A DNA stretch of 64,000 nucleotides from an uncultured virus (IMG/VR IMGVR_UViG_3300021197_001703) (taxonomy: Duplodnaviria; Heunggongvirae; Uroviricota; Caudoviricetes). Position numbers and translations under genes: made by a program. This document shows, in pieces, positions 50,501 to 60,918 of this stretch. The notes under the pieces are model-generated. The model did no database searches, had not been told where the DNA came from, and saw only the letters and a list, made by a program, of their open reading frames with translations. Position 1 is the stretch's first letter; the number at the start of each line of letters is the position of its first letter. Location of the stretch: the IMG/VR virus record IMGVR_UViG_3300021197_001703, one strand, 5' to 3'.

Positions 50501-52327
50501 ATGAAGAAACCAACATTATGGATAGCAGGAATAGCAAGAGGACATAACGGCGGAGTATGTTTACTTCAAGACGGAGAAGTAGTATTTTCTATTGAAGAAG
50601 AACGTTTAAGTAGACACAAGTATGACGGAGGTCCGTATGCATCAATGATGAAAATTCTTGAATATACAGACAAGTTAGATTACGTTTGTATTGCACATAC
50701 GCAAAGTTTAGAAGCAACAGCAGGACAAGTTGACTTTACTGGCGACGATGTGTATACTGGTATTTGTCGTAAGTTAGGCCTTATTGATAGAGATCCTAAG
50801 TTGTTACCAAAACATCCTCAAGTACTTGATCTAAGTTATTTCCATCATAAATTACATGCAGGATTAAGTTTTTATAATTCAGGATTTGAAACTGCAACAG
50901 CAGTTATTGTTGACGGAGCAGGAACTTTCTTTAGTGCAAACTTAGGTGGTGATCCTAATAATCCTACTACACTTTGGGAAACAGAAAGTATTTACACTTG
51001 TGAATATCCGGCTACAATTAAAACAGTTTACAAACACTTAGGAACTTATGGACCTATTGTTGGTGCTGAGTATCCTGAATTTAGTGCAGACTTTTTTGGC
51101 GAAGGTGATAGAGAAGGTAAAGGTACAGTACCTGAAGTTGTTATTAGTGAGACAGCAGGAATTGTAAAAACATATGAAGCAGTAACAGAATATTGTGGAT
51201 TTAGTTTTATTGAAGCAGGCAAAACTATGGGACTATTTCCATATGGTAAACCAAACGAAAACATTCCTAAATTGTTTACAGAAGATTTAACAAATCCGTT
51301 ATCAAATAGAAATGCAATTATTCCAACTTATCCAAACGGTGCATATGTTAATAAAAACTTTATTGAAGAAACAAGAGACCGTGTTGGACAAGACGAAGAT
51401 CTTACAAAATTAGAAAATAGAAGAGACATGGCATATGCTGTGCAGACACAAACACAAAAACAAGTTGCAAACTTAATTAGAAAAGCAGTTAAAATGACTG
51501 GCAACAAAAACATTGTCCTTAGTGGTGGTTATGGATTAAACTGTGTTGCAAATTATTGGTACTTAGAAGAACTAAAAGACGAAGGTATTAATTTATATGT
51601 TGAGCCTGTTAGTAATGATGCTGGTACAGCAATGGGTGCGGCAATGATTCAGCATAGACTTATTACAAATGACAGTAGTATACACGAAGCAGTTGATACA
51701 TTATATAACGGACCACATTATCATTATACTGACGAAGAAATTAGCATTATAGCAGAGAAGCATGAAGCAGAAGTATTTGATACTTCAAACGGATATGTTG
51801 TTGATTTAATCTCTGATAAGAATATTGTTGCTGTATTCCAAGGTCAAAGTGAGAACGGTCCACGTGCTTTAGGTAACAGAAGTTTCTTATATGATCCAAC
51901 AGATCCAGACGGTAAGGATCATGTAAACAAAGTAAAACGCAGAGAATATTTCAGACCATTTGCTGGAACTATTCTTGAAGAAGATGTACATGAATGGTTT
52001 GACTTACGCGGTATGAAAAGTTCACCAACAATGATGTATGCTGTAAACTGTCAACCAGGTATTGAAGAAAAGATTCCTGCAATTATTCACGTAGATGGTA
52101 CATGTAGAATTCAAACAGTAAATGAAAAACAGAACAAAAACTACTATGATTTAATCAAAGCATTTAAGGAAAAAACAGGCGTTCCTATGGTGTTTAACAC
52201 TTCATTCAATTTAGGTGGTGATCCATTGGTTGAAACATTAGACGATGCTGTGCGTACCCTTGCAAAGAGTGACGTAGAATACTTATATTTGCCTGAATAC
52301 TCTAAACTCATTACAGTCAAAAATTAA
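50501..52327 (+). CDS. Carbamoyltransferase (NodU/CmcH/TobZ family)
   Basis: EEERLSR, HHKLHA, VDGAG, GKTMGL.PYG, LSGGYGLNCVAN, GPRALGNRS, REYFRPFA and NTSFN motifs. Confidence 0.93.
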   Translation: MKKPTLWIAGIARGHNGGVCLLQDGEVVFSIEEERLSRHKYDGGPYASMMKILEYTDKLDYVCIAHTQSLEATAGQVDFTGDDVYTGICRKLGLIDRDPKLLPKHPQVLDLSYFHHKLHAGLSFYNSGFETATAVIVDGAGTFFSANLGGDPNNPTTLWETESIYTCEYPATIKTVYKHLGTYGPIVGAEYPEFSADFFGEGDREGKGTVPEVVISETAGIVKTYEAVTEYCGFSFIEAGKTMGLFPYGKPNENIPKLFTEDLTNPLSNRNAIIPTYPNGAYVNKNFIEETRDRVGQDEDLTKLENRRDMAYAVQTQTQKQVANLIRKAVKMTGNKNIVLSGGYGLNCVANYWYLEELKDEGINLYVEPVSNDAGTAMGAAMIQHRLITNDSSIHEAVDTLYNGPHYHYTDEEISIIAEKHEAEVFDTSNGYVVDLISDKNIVAVFQGQSENGPRALGNRSFLYDPTDPDGKDHVNKVKRREYFRPFAGTILEEDVHEWFDLRGMKSSPTMMYAVNCQPGIEEKIPAIIHVDGTCRIQTVNEKQNKNYYDLIKAFKEKTGVPMVFNTSFNLGGDPLVETLDDAVRTLAKSDVEYLYLPEYSKLITVKN

Positions 52328-52364
52328 ATCTTCTTAAGCGATAAATATACTAAAGAGGACTATT

Positions 52365-52784
52365 ATGTTTGATATTGGTAAATTTTTCGGTAAAGGCTTA
52401 AAGAACACAGTACTAATGAAAAACGGTACTAATTTAAGTTATCACGGACCGTGGAAAAAAATAACAGAAGATACGTTGATCGATCGTTGGTTAGTGGGTG
52501 ACTTTTGCGCCGCTGAATATACTATTGTTGCTGATCTTGGAACTTTTCAAAAAGAAATCATTAAATGTTTAGTAGTTGCTGGTCCAAGTACAGCAGAATT
52601 AACTGTATATGGACGTAGTAACTTAGGTAATCAGATTATTGATTTGAGTGCTACAGTTAATGATAGTTATGTGAATATTATTTGCAACGCAAAACCACTT
52701 GATGATTCTGCTCCAGGTCGTGGAGCAAAGGTAGTGTTTAGTGCAAACTATTATCAGACACAAAACGTATTGGTACCTTCATAA
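52365..52784 (+). CDS. Hypothetical, probable structural protein
   Basis: 139 aa, beta-rich; ATAAATA at 52341-52347. Confidence 0.6.
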   Translation: MFDIGKFFGKGLKNTVLMKNGTNLSYHGPWKKITEDTLIDRWLVGDFCAAEYTIVADLGTFQKEIIKCLVVAGPSTAELTVYGRSNLGNQIIDLSATVNDSYVNIICNAKPLDDSAPGRGAKVVFSANYYQTQNVLVPS

Positions 52785-52799
52785 TGAGGAGCATATAGC

Positions 52800-53834
52800 A
52801 TGGCTGTAAACTACATACCATTTGAGGCAGATTACGGATTTTCAAGTCCGGGATTTACTGTTGACGCTGAAGGTAATGTCACACTAAAAAGTCTAACATA
52901 TTCAGTTGTAGAAGAAGCAATAGTTGACAATAGATTCTATATGAGACAAACTGGTGAAGGTTCTGGATCAAACTTTGTTGAGAATACAACATACTCAACA
53001 GGCACACAAATTAATTTAGAAAATCCTCCATTTAGTTTTGTTAGAGGTTCTGAGTATTCATTTAGTTTAAGCAACTTTCCTTACTTAACTTGGAATATTT
53101 TTTATGCTGATCCGGCAGGAATCTCAGCAACACAAATTGCTGGTACACCTGTTATATTTTATAACGAAGGATTAACATATAAAGAGACAGCAGACTCAAC
53201 AGCATTAGAAGGTGTTAACGCACAAGGTAAAACAACAGGAATTGTAACATTTAAAGTTCCAGCACTTGCACCTGATACACTTTATTACGCTACAGGAGAC
53301 GGTACTGTTTACGGAACAATTACAACTGCTGATCCAACTATTACAGGTGTTGGTGCATTTAGTAGTTTAAATGTTGTTGGCGATGTTACATTCACAGGAC
53401 AAGACGCAGAAATTCAGATCGCCCCACAAGGAGAATACAGTACAGTACTAATAAATCCAACAGGCGAAGGTACTATGAGTAACATGTATGTAAATGCATT
53501 AACTTTAAGTGCTACAGATACAGTAAATTTAAGTCCTGTAAACAAGAACGTTACAATAAGTCCGAGCGGTACAGGACAGTTAGTTGTAAATACTGGAGTT
53601 GCAGGAACAATAAATAACATGTCGATAGGACAAACCACTGCAAGGGACGGTTCGTTCTTAGCATTGAATGCATCAAATGGGTTAAATAGTACTGTGATAG
53701 GCAATACAAATCCAACAAGTGCAACGTTTACTACAGCAATAGGACAAAATAGACCAGTGACGCAACAAGAACTAACAAACAAAGCATACGTAGATAGTAC
53801 AGCAACAGCGTTGGCTATTGCATTAGGAGTTTAA
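52800..53834 (+). CDS. Virion structural/fibre protein
   Basis: INNMSIGQTT and TNKAYVD fibre motifs; ends ALAIALGV. Confidence 0.7.
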   Translation: MAVNYIPFEADYGFSSPGFTVDAEGNVTLKSLTYSVVEEAIVDNRFYMRQTGEGSGSNFVENTTYSTGTQINLENPPFSFVRGSEYSFSLSNFPYLTWNIFYADPAGISATQIAGTPVIFYNEGLTYKETADSTALEGVNAQGKTTGIVTFKVPALAPDTLYYATGDGTVYGTITTADPTITGVGAFSSLNVVGDVTFTGQDAEIQIAPQGEYSTVLINPTGEGTMSNMYVNALTLSATDTVNLSPVNKNVTISPSGTGQLVVNTGVAGTINNMSIGQTTARDGSFLALNASNGLNSTVIGNTNPTSATFTTAIGQNRPVTQQELTNKAYVDSTATALAIALGV

Positions 53835-53839
53835 ACTAA

Positions 53840-56800
53840 ATGGCAAAACAAAAAGTTAATGATTATATTTTCCATACAGGAATTCCTTACAGCGGAAACT
53901 ATCACCCAAGTGCTTATTACCTAATCCAACAAAACGTTGAGTTTCTAAAAGACGAAACTCGTGCTTGGATTAACGATGCAATTACAAGACAATTAACAGC
54001 AGGTGTGCATACTCCAACAGGCGCTACATATATTCCTACAACAGGAGTAATGACACTTACTATCAACAGTCATCCTTATGAAGTTGGTGATTATATTAGA
54101 TTCGAAACTGGAGCAATTACATTTAGATGTGCTCAAGACGCATACGCAACAGACCATCCATATCCAAGAGCAAGTGGTGCACCTAATGCCACTGGAACAG
54201 ATCCTAAATTTAATAATATTGTAAGAGTTGATGCAATACCAGATGCAAATACAATTACAGTTAATGTAGGTATTAGTTCAAACACTACAGACCATCAGTT
54301 TCAAAGTGCATTAGCAGACGGTACAAAGAGTGTAATGTATGGTTACACAAATGACAGTGATGATAAGTGTGAAAGAGATATGGGTTACAACCTTATTGGT
54401 GGTGACACTTACAATCCAGTACAAGATCAACCAGGTGGCTTACTACACGATTTAAGATACAACGGTAACGAACAAGCACGTTACCTTGCTTCAACATATT
54501 GGGACGGAGCAATACCCCAAATTGATGGCGACAGAATGCCAGAGAAAGCGGCAAAAGCAAAAGCCGCAGATATCATTAACAATTATATCTTAACAAACAC
54601 AGCATACACAACTAAACAATCACCAGTAGTAACTACACAAACTACAAACGAAGAATACATTGCAGAATCAACTGCGGCGGCACAAGTTACAAAAGTACTT
54701 GTTGACACTATCGGTAACGTTATTGTTAATGGTTTAGATGCAATGCCTGAGTTTCATAGAGCAGAAATTAGTAGAGCAATTTTTCCAACAAAAGTTACAC
54801 AAGATAATATATTATTAATTACTGATACATCTGTAAACCAAGTTTTATTTAATTTTAGTGATCCTGGTAAAGGTGCTGATGTAAAATATTCTTATGATTC
54901 AGTAGAATTTACACCAACATATTTTTACTTTCAAAAGTTTCTTGAAAATACTGATACAATTACACAAGTATTATTTGATACTGACACTACTAACGAAGAA
55001 TTTGTTGTAGCCTCAAGAGCATTAATTTTAAGTAACAAAGAATTTATTAAAGATGAAGTACGTGCTTGGATTGCCGATAATGTTGCAACTGCTGAAAACG
55101 GTTCATTCTGGTACAATTATACTTACAATGCGGCCAAGTGTGAAAGAGATACTGCTTTTAATATTGATGCTATCCTTGCTGATATGCAATATGGCGGTAA
55201 TGCCAATGTAAGATCAACAGCCGCAAAATATTGGAAAGGTCCTACTCCACAAATTGATGGTACACGTGAACAAGAGATTGCCGCTAAAAACTTTATGCGT
55301 GATCTTATTAACAACTACATCTTAACTAAAGTAGGATACACAACAAAACAAAGTCCGGCAGTAACTACACAATACTTTTTAGGTAATACTGCTGAAGCAG
55401 GAACATCAGGTAGAGTAACTGAATTAGTAAAAATACTTACTGACGTTATTACTAACGGATTAGGAGATCTTCCAGCAGAAGATAAACCTGTAGTATGGAC
55501 AGATACAGATACATTACAAATTTTTATTGATCAAGGTGACTTAAAAGTTAGACCATATGACTTTGGTACTGATGCTATTGAAAGACACAGAGTTGCAAAC
55601 TCAGTATCCATGCTTGATGCTGACTTTGAGTACGGACTACAGCCTACCAAGTGGCAGGCAATTGGTACAATGCGTGGTTATCCATCAACATACGAAGTGC
55701 CAGGAACAGACACTGGTGTTAGTGCAGTATCTACTGATGCATCATCAGGCAGTAGTGGTGTAGGTCAATCATTGATTACTGTAACGACAGTTTCACCACA
55801 TGGAGTTTTAGCAGGTAATCCAATTACTATTAGAGGTCTTGATGGATCAGTTAAAGGTAACGGTCGTGCTGAAGGTACATTTATTGTTAACTCAGTTATA
55901 GACAGCAGAAATTTTACATATTACGCAAAGGCTAAAGTTGGTGTAACATCAGGTACAGCACTTGTAACATTCTATACAATTTTAAGACAAGCGGCATTCT
56001 ACACAGGGGCAACTATTCAAGGTGACACACCATCATATGCTGTTACTACACAAGGTGCAAGTGGTTCATTTAGTTTACCATTAGGATCGGCAACTGGCGC
56101 AGACAGACTTACATTTACTGGTGCAGTACCGGCACTTGGTGCTCCTCTTGTTGCAGTAGGTGGCGGCATACCATTAGGTTCTCAGGTTACTGGTGTAACT
56201 GGAACAGGTACAATTATTGATACACCTGTATTAACATCAGATATAGCACAAGGCTCAACAACAATTACAGTTGAAGACGCTACAGCAGTTGAAGTTGGCG
56301 CTGGTCTTGATAGAGGAGATGGTGTTGCAACTTTCGTAACAAACGTTGCAGGTAATGATTTAACAATATCAGAAGCAACAACAAGAATACTTGTTGGTAA
56401 CACAGTAAACTATATAGGTGTAACTGGATCTAATGATAGTTCAATTGGTAACGGTGCAAGTTTTGATGTTACAAGAACAAATGGTACATATGCAACTGTA
56501 TTAAACGCAGGCGGCCAAGATTATAAAGTTGGTGATAGAATTAAAATTGGCGGACAACAACTTGGCGGTACTGACGGAACTAACGACTTAACACTGCTTA
56601 TTGATACTATTGACGCCCTTGGAGAAGTATTAACATTTACAGAATCAGGTACAGGTTTTGATGGTAATGGTACATTCTTTGGACAAGAAGGTAATTTAGC
56701 AGGTGGAGTTGGTAGTGATGGTAACTTTGATGTAACATACACTAACAACGCTTATACAGTTTCAATGGCATCACCAGATACATCAACAGGTTATACAGTT

Positions 56801-59800
56801 GGTGATAAAATTAAAATTAGTGGTTTCGACTTAGGCGGTGCTGATAGTACAAACGATGCAATTATGACAGTGTCTGGAATTGGTGCAGGAGGTTCAATTA
56901 CTTCTCTAACTACAACAGGTACAGCAGTTGATGCAGACGTAAGTTATAGTTCACCTCCAATGACAGCCTCAACAGCAAACGGTGTTGATGCTCAATTTAA
57001 CATACAAAGAATTGGTACAGTTTACTCAATTAACATTACTAACGGTGGTACTGGTTACTTGGCGTCAGAATCATTTGTAATACTTGGTTCAGACTTAGGT
57101 GGTACTGATGGTGTAAACAATTTAACAATTACAATTTCAACAGTTGACGTTAATGGTACTATTACTGGAACATCAACTTCAGGTACAGCAGTTAATACTA
57201 AAGATTATCCAAACGTAACTAATATTTCAAGAATTGTTGGTAACGGTGTACAGTTTCAAGTTGGACTATCAGGAGGAAACTACACAGTTACTATTGATAA
57301 TGCAGGATTTAATTACGGTATTGATCAAGAAATTACAATTTTAGGAACAAATTTAAGTGGTGCTTCTCCAACAAACGATTTAGTAATTACAGTAACAGGA
57401 GTCGACTCAGGCGGTGGTATTACAGCAGTTACATTTACTGGTACAGGTGCTACAGGAAGTGGCAGTGTAACAGCAATTCAAGGTAATAACGAAATTAATT
57501 CAGGGTCGGGAGCAATCTTTACAGTTACAAGAAGCGGCGCCGCATACAGTCTTGTTGTTGCAACCGATGATGGTGCAAGTTATGAGGTAGGTAATAGAAT
57601 TATTATTCCAGGTGATCAACTTGGTGGTACTACTCCTACAAACGATTTAACATTACGTTGTACACAAGAATCAACAGAAGGTAATTTTGTTGGTGTTAAT
57701 GTTAGTGGTACAGCAGTTGCAGGTGAAACATTAAATACTTACAGTTCTGTCACAATGTCAGAAGAAACAACAGCACCTATTGCAGGTGGCGTTGTTGTTA
57801 CTTACAGTGCATTAGCAAGTGTTAGGATTACATTCTTAACACCACATGGACTTGTTCCAGGAGATAGTTTTGCTGTAACAATATCATCAGATGACGGTTC
57901 AAACAATCACAATTTAGCGGCAGGACCGTTTAGTGCAACAGCAGTTCCAAGTTTAACACAACTTGATTATCAGTGTAGAGCACCTGGTACAATTAACGTA
58001 ACAGAGCAAGAGATTACTGGTAATGTTTATCCAAGACCAGATTCGTTCTTTATTCACAGACCATATGATGGTGGTGTGCAGTTAGGAACAGGCGGACCGC
58101 AACACGGTGCTCAAGCAATTAGACAGAGTAAAAAATATATTAGATATCAGTCAGGTAAAGGTATTATGTATACCACTGGTGCATTGTTTGCTCCAAGTTA
58201 TAATATTCTTAATATTACAGCGGCGGCAACATCCGTTGGTTCAATTATTACAGTAACTACAGATGAAACAGAACACGGATTACAAGTTGGTGGAATAGTT
58301 AGACTTATTGGAGTAAAAACTGTAGGCTATAATGGCAAATATACAGTTACAGATATTAACGATGAAAATACATTTGAAGTTGTTGCTCAAACAGCATTAG
58401 GTTCAACTACTCCTGAATTAACGTCAGAATGCCAAGTTTCAGTTGTAACGTTCCACGGTGCAACTGTACGTTCAGGAGCATTTGACGATCAGAACGGTAT
58501 TTTCTTTGAATATGATGGCACACAATTTAGTGCAGTACAAAGAACTGCTACTTTACAGTTAGCAGGAGTTGTTGATATTGATATTGATTCAAATACATGT
58601 ACAGGTATAGGAACAAGATTTAGAGAACAATTAAAAGCAGGTGATAGAATTGTATTAAAAGGTATGACACACGTTGTATCACAAGTTGTTGACAACACAA
58701 CAATGTATTTAACACCAGACTTTAGAGGTGTTACTGATGTAAGATCAAGTAAATTATGTTTAGTTAAAGATAAAAAGACAGAACAGAAAGATTTTAACCG
58801 AGATAGAATGGACGGCACAGGTCCAAGTGGATACAACATTGACATTAGTAAAATGCAGATGGTAGGAATTCAGTATTCATGGTATGGTGCTGGATTTATC
58901 GACTACATGCTTAGAGGAGCAGATGGTAACTTTGTGTTTGGTCATAGAATGAGAAATTCAAACATTAATACAGAAGCATTTATGCGTACTGGTAACATGC
59001 CTGTGCGTTATGAAATTATTAACGAAGGTCCAAGTGGCAAATTAGCAAGTGATATTACAAATTCACAACAAACTATACCACTACAAGATGCTTCATTCTT
59101 CCCACCCGAAGGTGGAACAGTTTATATTGATGCTGAAATGATACGTTTTACAGGTATTGATGGTAAAAATTTAACAGGTTGTACAAGAAGTTCGCCAATG
59201 ACTAACTTTGCGGCTGGTGCAACAAGAACATACTCAGGCGGTCCAGCAGAAACACACGCAAGAAATACAGGAGTTGTTCTAATTAGTAATACTATATCAC
59301 CGGTTATATCACACTGGGGTTCAGCGTTTATTACAGATGGCGGCTTTGATTCAGATCGTGGTTACTTGTTCTCATACAAATCTACAGGAGTTGAGATTAG
59401 TACAACAAGAGCAACATCATTCCTATTAAGACTTGCACCAAGTGTAAGTAATGCACTTGTTGGTGATTTAGGAGAACGTGAACTTCTAAACAGAGCACAG
59501 TTGCTACTTGAAGGTCTTGAAATTACAACAGATCAACCGGCGGCGTCAGACACAGGTGGTATTGTTATTGAAGGTGTTCTTAATCCACAGAACTATCCAC
59601 TTAACCCTGACGACATTGGGTGGCAAGGATTATCAGGACTGGCACAGGGTGGACAACCAAGTTTCGCACAGATTGCACCGGGTGGTTCTACTAACTGGAA
59701 CTCGGGTGATATTCCATCAAATACTACTGTGACTACTCAAGCGGCTCTGACTGCAAGTGTAGTTGCAAAAGATAGAAACTATAGAAGTGGTAATAGTTAT

Positions 59801-60517
59801 TGGGATAACGGTTTAACAGCAGGCAGAAACAGATTTTTTGTACTTGATACTTTCTATCAGTCAAATCCATCACTATTTGAAATTGGTGCTGAAGTACAAA
59901 GTGATTCAGGAAATTACTATCCTGCAGGTACTACAATTACAAGTGTATCAACATATACATGGAGCTCAAATGGTTTAGGAAACATGAGACACATATTTAC
60001 AAGTGCTAATCCAACCACAAATATACCAGGTGATGTTCCTTTAACAATTACAAAAACATTTAAAGGTGCACCTACTAACAACATTTACTTCCAAAAGGCG
60101 GCTTACGAAAGTGCTGAAGTTGTTGAAGGTACTACTGTAAGTGATAGCAGGTTTCCAGCGGGAACACAGGTTTCCACAGTTCAATTAAAGACTTATGGTT
60201 CAACACAATATTATGATGTGGTATTTAACCAACCATCAGATGGAACTGCGATCGTCGCAGGTACTACTGCAATTGAGTTTGAATTTGTAAATCCTCCATA
60301 TGCACAGCCAGGTGAAACGATCTTCTCATTCATTGCACAACCAGGAGAAAGATCAACATTGGATTTATCATTTATTAAAGAATTAACTAATACTACACTT
60401 GGTGGTAGAGGTACTTTTCCAAATGGTCCAGACGTGTTAGCAATTAACGTGTTTAAAACGTCAGGAGCGGCTATAAACAGTAATGTTGTATTGAGATGGT
60501 CGGAAGCACAAGCCTAA
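53840..60517 (+). CDS. Very large virion structural protein (2225 aa)
   Basis: Duplicated helical domain, DADFEYGLQPTKW, tandem beta repeats, RQSKKYIRYQSGKG and YSWYGAG motifs. Confidence 0.8.
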   Translation: MAKQKVNDYIFHTGIPYSGNYHPSAYYLIQQNVEFLKDETRAWINDAITRQLTAGVHTPTGATYIPTTGVMTLTINSHPYEVGDYIRFETGAITFRCAQDAYATDHPYPRASGAPNATGTDPKFNNIVRVDAIPDANTITVNVGISSNTTDHQFQSALADGTKSVMYGYTNDSDDKCERDMGYNLIGGDTYNPVQDQPGGLLHDLRYNGNEQARYLASTYWDGAIPQIDGDRMPEKAAKAKAADIINNYILTNTAYTTKQSPVVTTQTTNEEYIAESTAAAQVTKVLVDTIGNVIVNGLDAMPEFHRAEISRAIFPTKVTQDNILLITDTSVNQVLFNFSDPGKGADVKYSYDSVEFTPTYFYFQKFLENTDTITQVLFDTDTTNEEFVVASRALILSNKEFIKDEVRAWIADNVATAENGSFWYNYTYNAAKCERDTAFNIDAILADMQYGGNANVRSTAAKYWKGPTPQIDGTREQEIAAKNFMRDLINNYILTKVGYTTKQSPAVTTQYFLGNTAEAGTSGRVTELVKILTDVITNGLGDLPAEDKPVVWTDTDTLQIFIDQGDLKVRPYDFGTDAIERHRVANSVSMLDADFEYGLQPTKWQAIGTMRGYPSTYEVPGTDTGVSAVSTDASSGSSGVGQSLITVTTVSPHGVLAGNPITIRGLDGSVKGNGRAEGTFIVNSVIDSRNFTYYAKAKVGVTSGTALVTFYTILRQAAFYTGATIQGDTPSYAVTTQGASGSFSLPLGSATGADRLTFTGAVPALGAPLVAVGGGIPLGSQVTGVTGTGTIIDTPVLTSDIAQGSTTITVEDATAVEVGAGLDRGDGVATFVTNVAGNDLTISEATTRILVGNTVNYIGVTGSNDSSIGNGASFDVTRTNGTYATVLNAGGQDYKVGDRIKIGGQQLGGTDGTNDLTLLIDTIDALGEVLTFTESGTGFDGNGTFFGQEGNLAGGVGSDGNFDVTYTNNAYTVSMASPDTSTGYTVGDKIKISGFDLGGADSTNDAIMTVSGIGAGGSITSLTTTGTAVDADVSYSSPPMTASTANGVDAQFNIQRIGTVYSINITNGGTGYLASESFVILGSDLGGTDGVNNLTITISTVDVNGTITGTSTSGTAVNTKDYPNVTNISRIVGNGVQFQVGLSGGNYTVTIDNAGFNYGIDQEITILGTNLSGASPTNDLVITVTGVDSGGGITAVTFTGTGATGSGSVTAIQGNNEINSGSGAIFTVTRSGAAYSLVVATDDGASYEVGNRIIIPGDQLGGTTPTNDLTLRCTQESTEGNFVGVNVSGTAVAGETLNTYSSVTMSEETTAPIAGGVVVTYSALASVRITFLTPHGLVPGDSFAVTISSDDGSNNHNLAAGPFSATAVPSLTQLDYQCRAPGTINVTEQEITGNVYPRPDSFFIHRPYDGGVQLGTGGPQHGAQAIRQSKKYIRYQSGKGIMYTTGALFAPSYNILNITAAATSVGSIITVTTDETEHGLQVGGIVRLIGVKTVGYNGKYTVTDINDENTFEVVAQTALGSTTPELTSECQVSVVTFHGATVRSGAFDDQNGIFFEYDGTQFSAVQRTATLQLAGVVDIDIDSNTCTGIGTRFREQLKAGDRIVLKGMTHVVSQVVDNTTMYLTPDFRGVTDVRSSKLCLVKDKKTEQKDFNRDRMDGTGPSGYNIDISKMQMVGIQYSWYGAGFIDYMLRGADGNFVFGHRMRNSNINTEAFMRTGNMPVRYEIINEGPSGKLASDITNSQQTIPLQDASFFPPEGGTVYIDAEMIRFTGIDGKNLTGCTRSSPMTNFAAGATRTYSGGPAETHARNTGVVLISNTISPVISHWGSAFITDGGFDSDRGYLFSYKSTGVEISTTRATSFLLRLAPSVSNALVGDLGERELLNRAQLLLEGLEITTDQPAASDTGGIVIEGVLNPQNYPLNPDDIGWQGLSGLAQGGQPSFAQIAPGGSTNWNSGDIPSNTTVTTQAALTASVVAKDRNYRSGNSYWDNGLTAGRNRFFVLDTFYQSNPSLFEIGAEVQSDSGNYYPAGTTITSVSTYTWSSNGLGNMRHIFTSANPTTNIPGDVPLTITKTFKGAPTNNIYFQKAAYESAEVVEGTTVSDSRFPAGTQVSTVQLKTYGSTQYYDVVFNQPSDGTAIVAGTTAIEFEFVNPPYAQPGETIFSFIAQPGERSTLDLSFIKELTNTTLGGRGTFPNGPDVLAINVFKTSGAAINSNVVLRWSEAQA
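56420..57720 (+). repeat. About five tandem protein-level repeats (G..Y.VGD.I.I.G..LGG....ND)
   Basis: Visible in the translation of 53840-60517; degenerate at the DNA level. Confidence 0.75.
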
Positions 60518-60918
60518 GGCATTGTGGGTGGCGGAGAGTTTTTCTTAATTACGTCTTTTTGACTATCACCAGGTATAATACGATAGTTATCTTCCACTGA
60601 ATCAGCAGTACTCACTTCACTAATACTACTATTGGCTTCAAGGCAAGTTAATTGGTGTGGTTGTAATGGAGGATTGTGCCAAGTATCTCCAGGAGTTAGT
60701 TCTTTACTGTAAAGCATAGCATCTTTAGTGTCAATCCACTTAACTTCAAACCGGCCTGAATTAACAAACCATGTTTCGTCCTTCTCTTTATGGAAATGCA
60801 TGGAGAATTTTGCTCCTGCTTTTTCAAATACCATAAGTTTGCCACAATACTTGTCATTGGTTGCCCATATTAATTCATATCCCCAACCTTTTTCTACTTT
60901 ACCTTCAAGTCTACTCAT
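60514..60918 (-). CDS. Cupin-fold protein (sugar isomerase-like)
   Basis: KGWGYELIW, SMHFHKEKDETW, PHQL and EVST motifs. Confidence 0.8.
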   Translation of the reverse strand: MSRLEGKVEKGWGYELIWATNDKYCGKLMVFEKAGAKFSMHFHKEKDETWFVNSGRFEVKWIDTKDAMLYSKELTPGDTWHNPPLQPHQLTCLEANSSISEVSTADSVEDNYRIIPGDSQKDVIKKNSPPPTMP

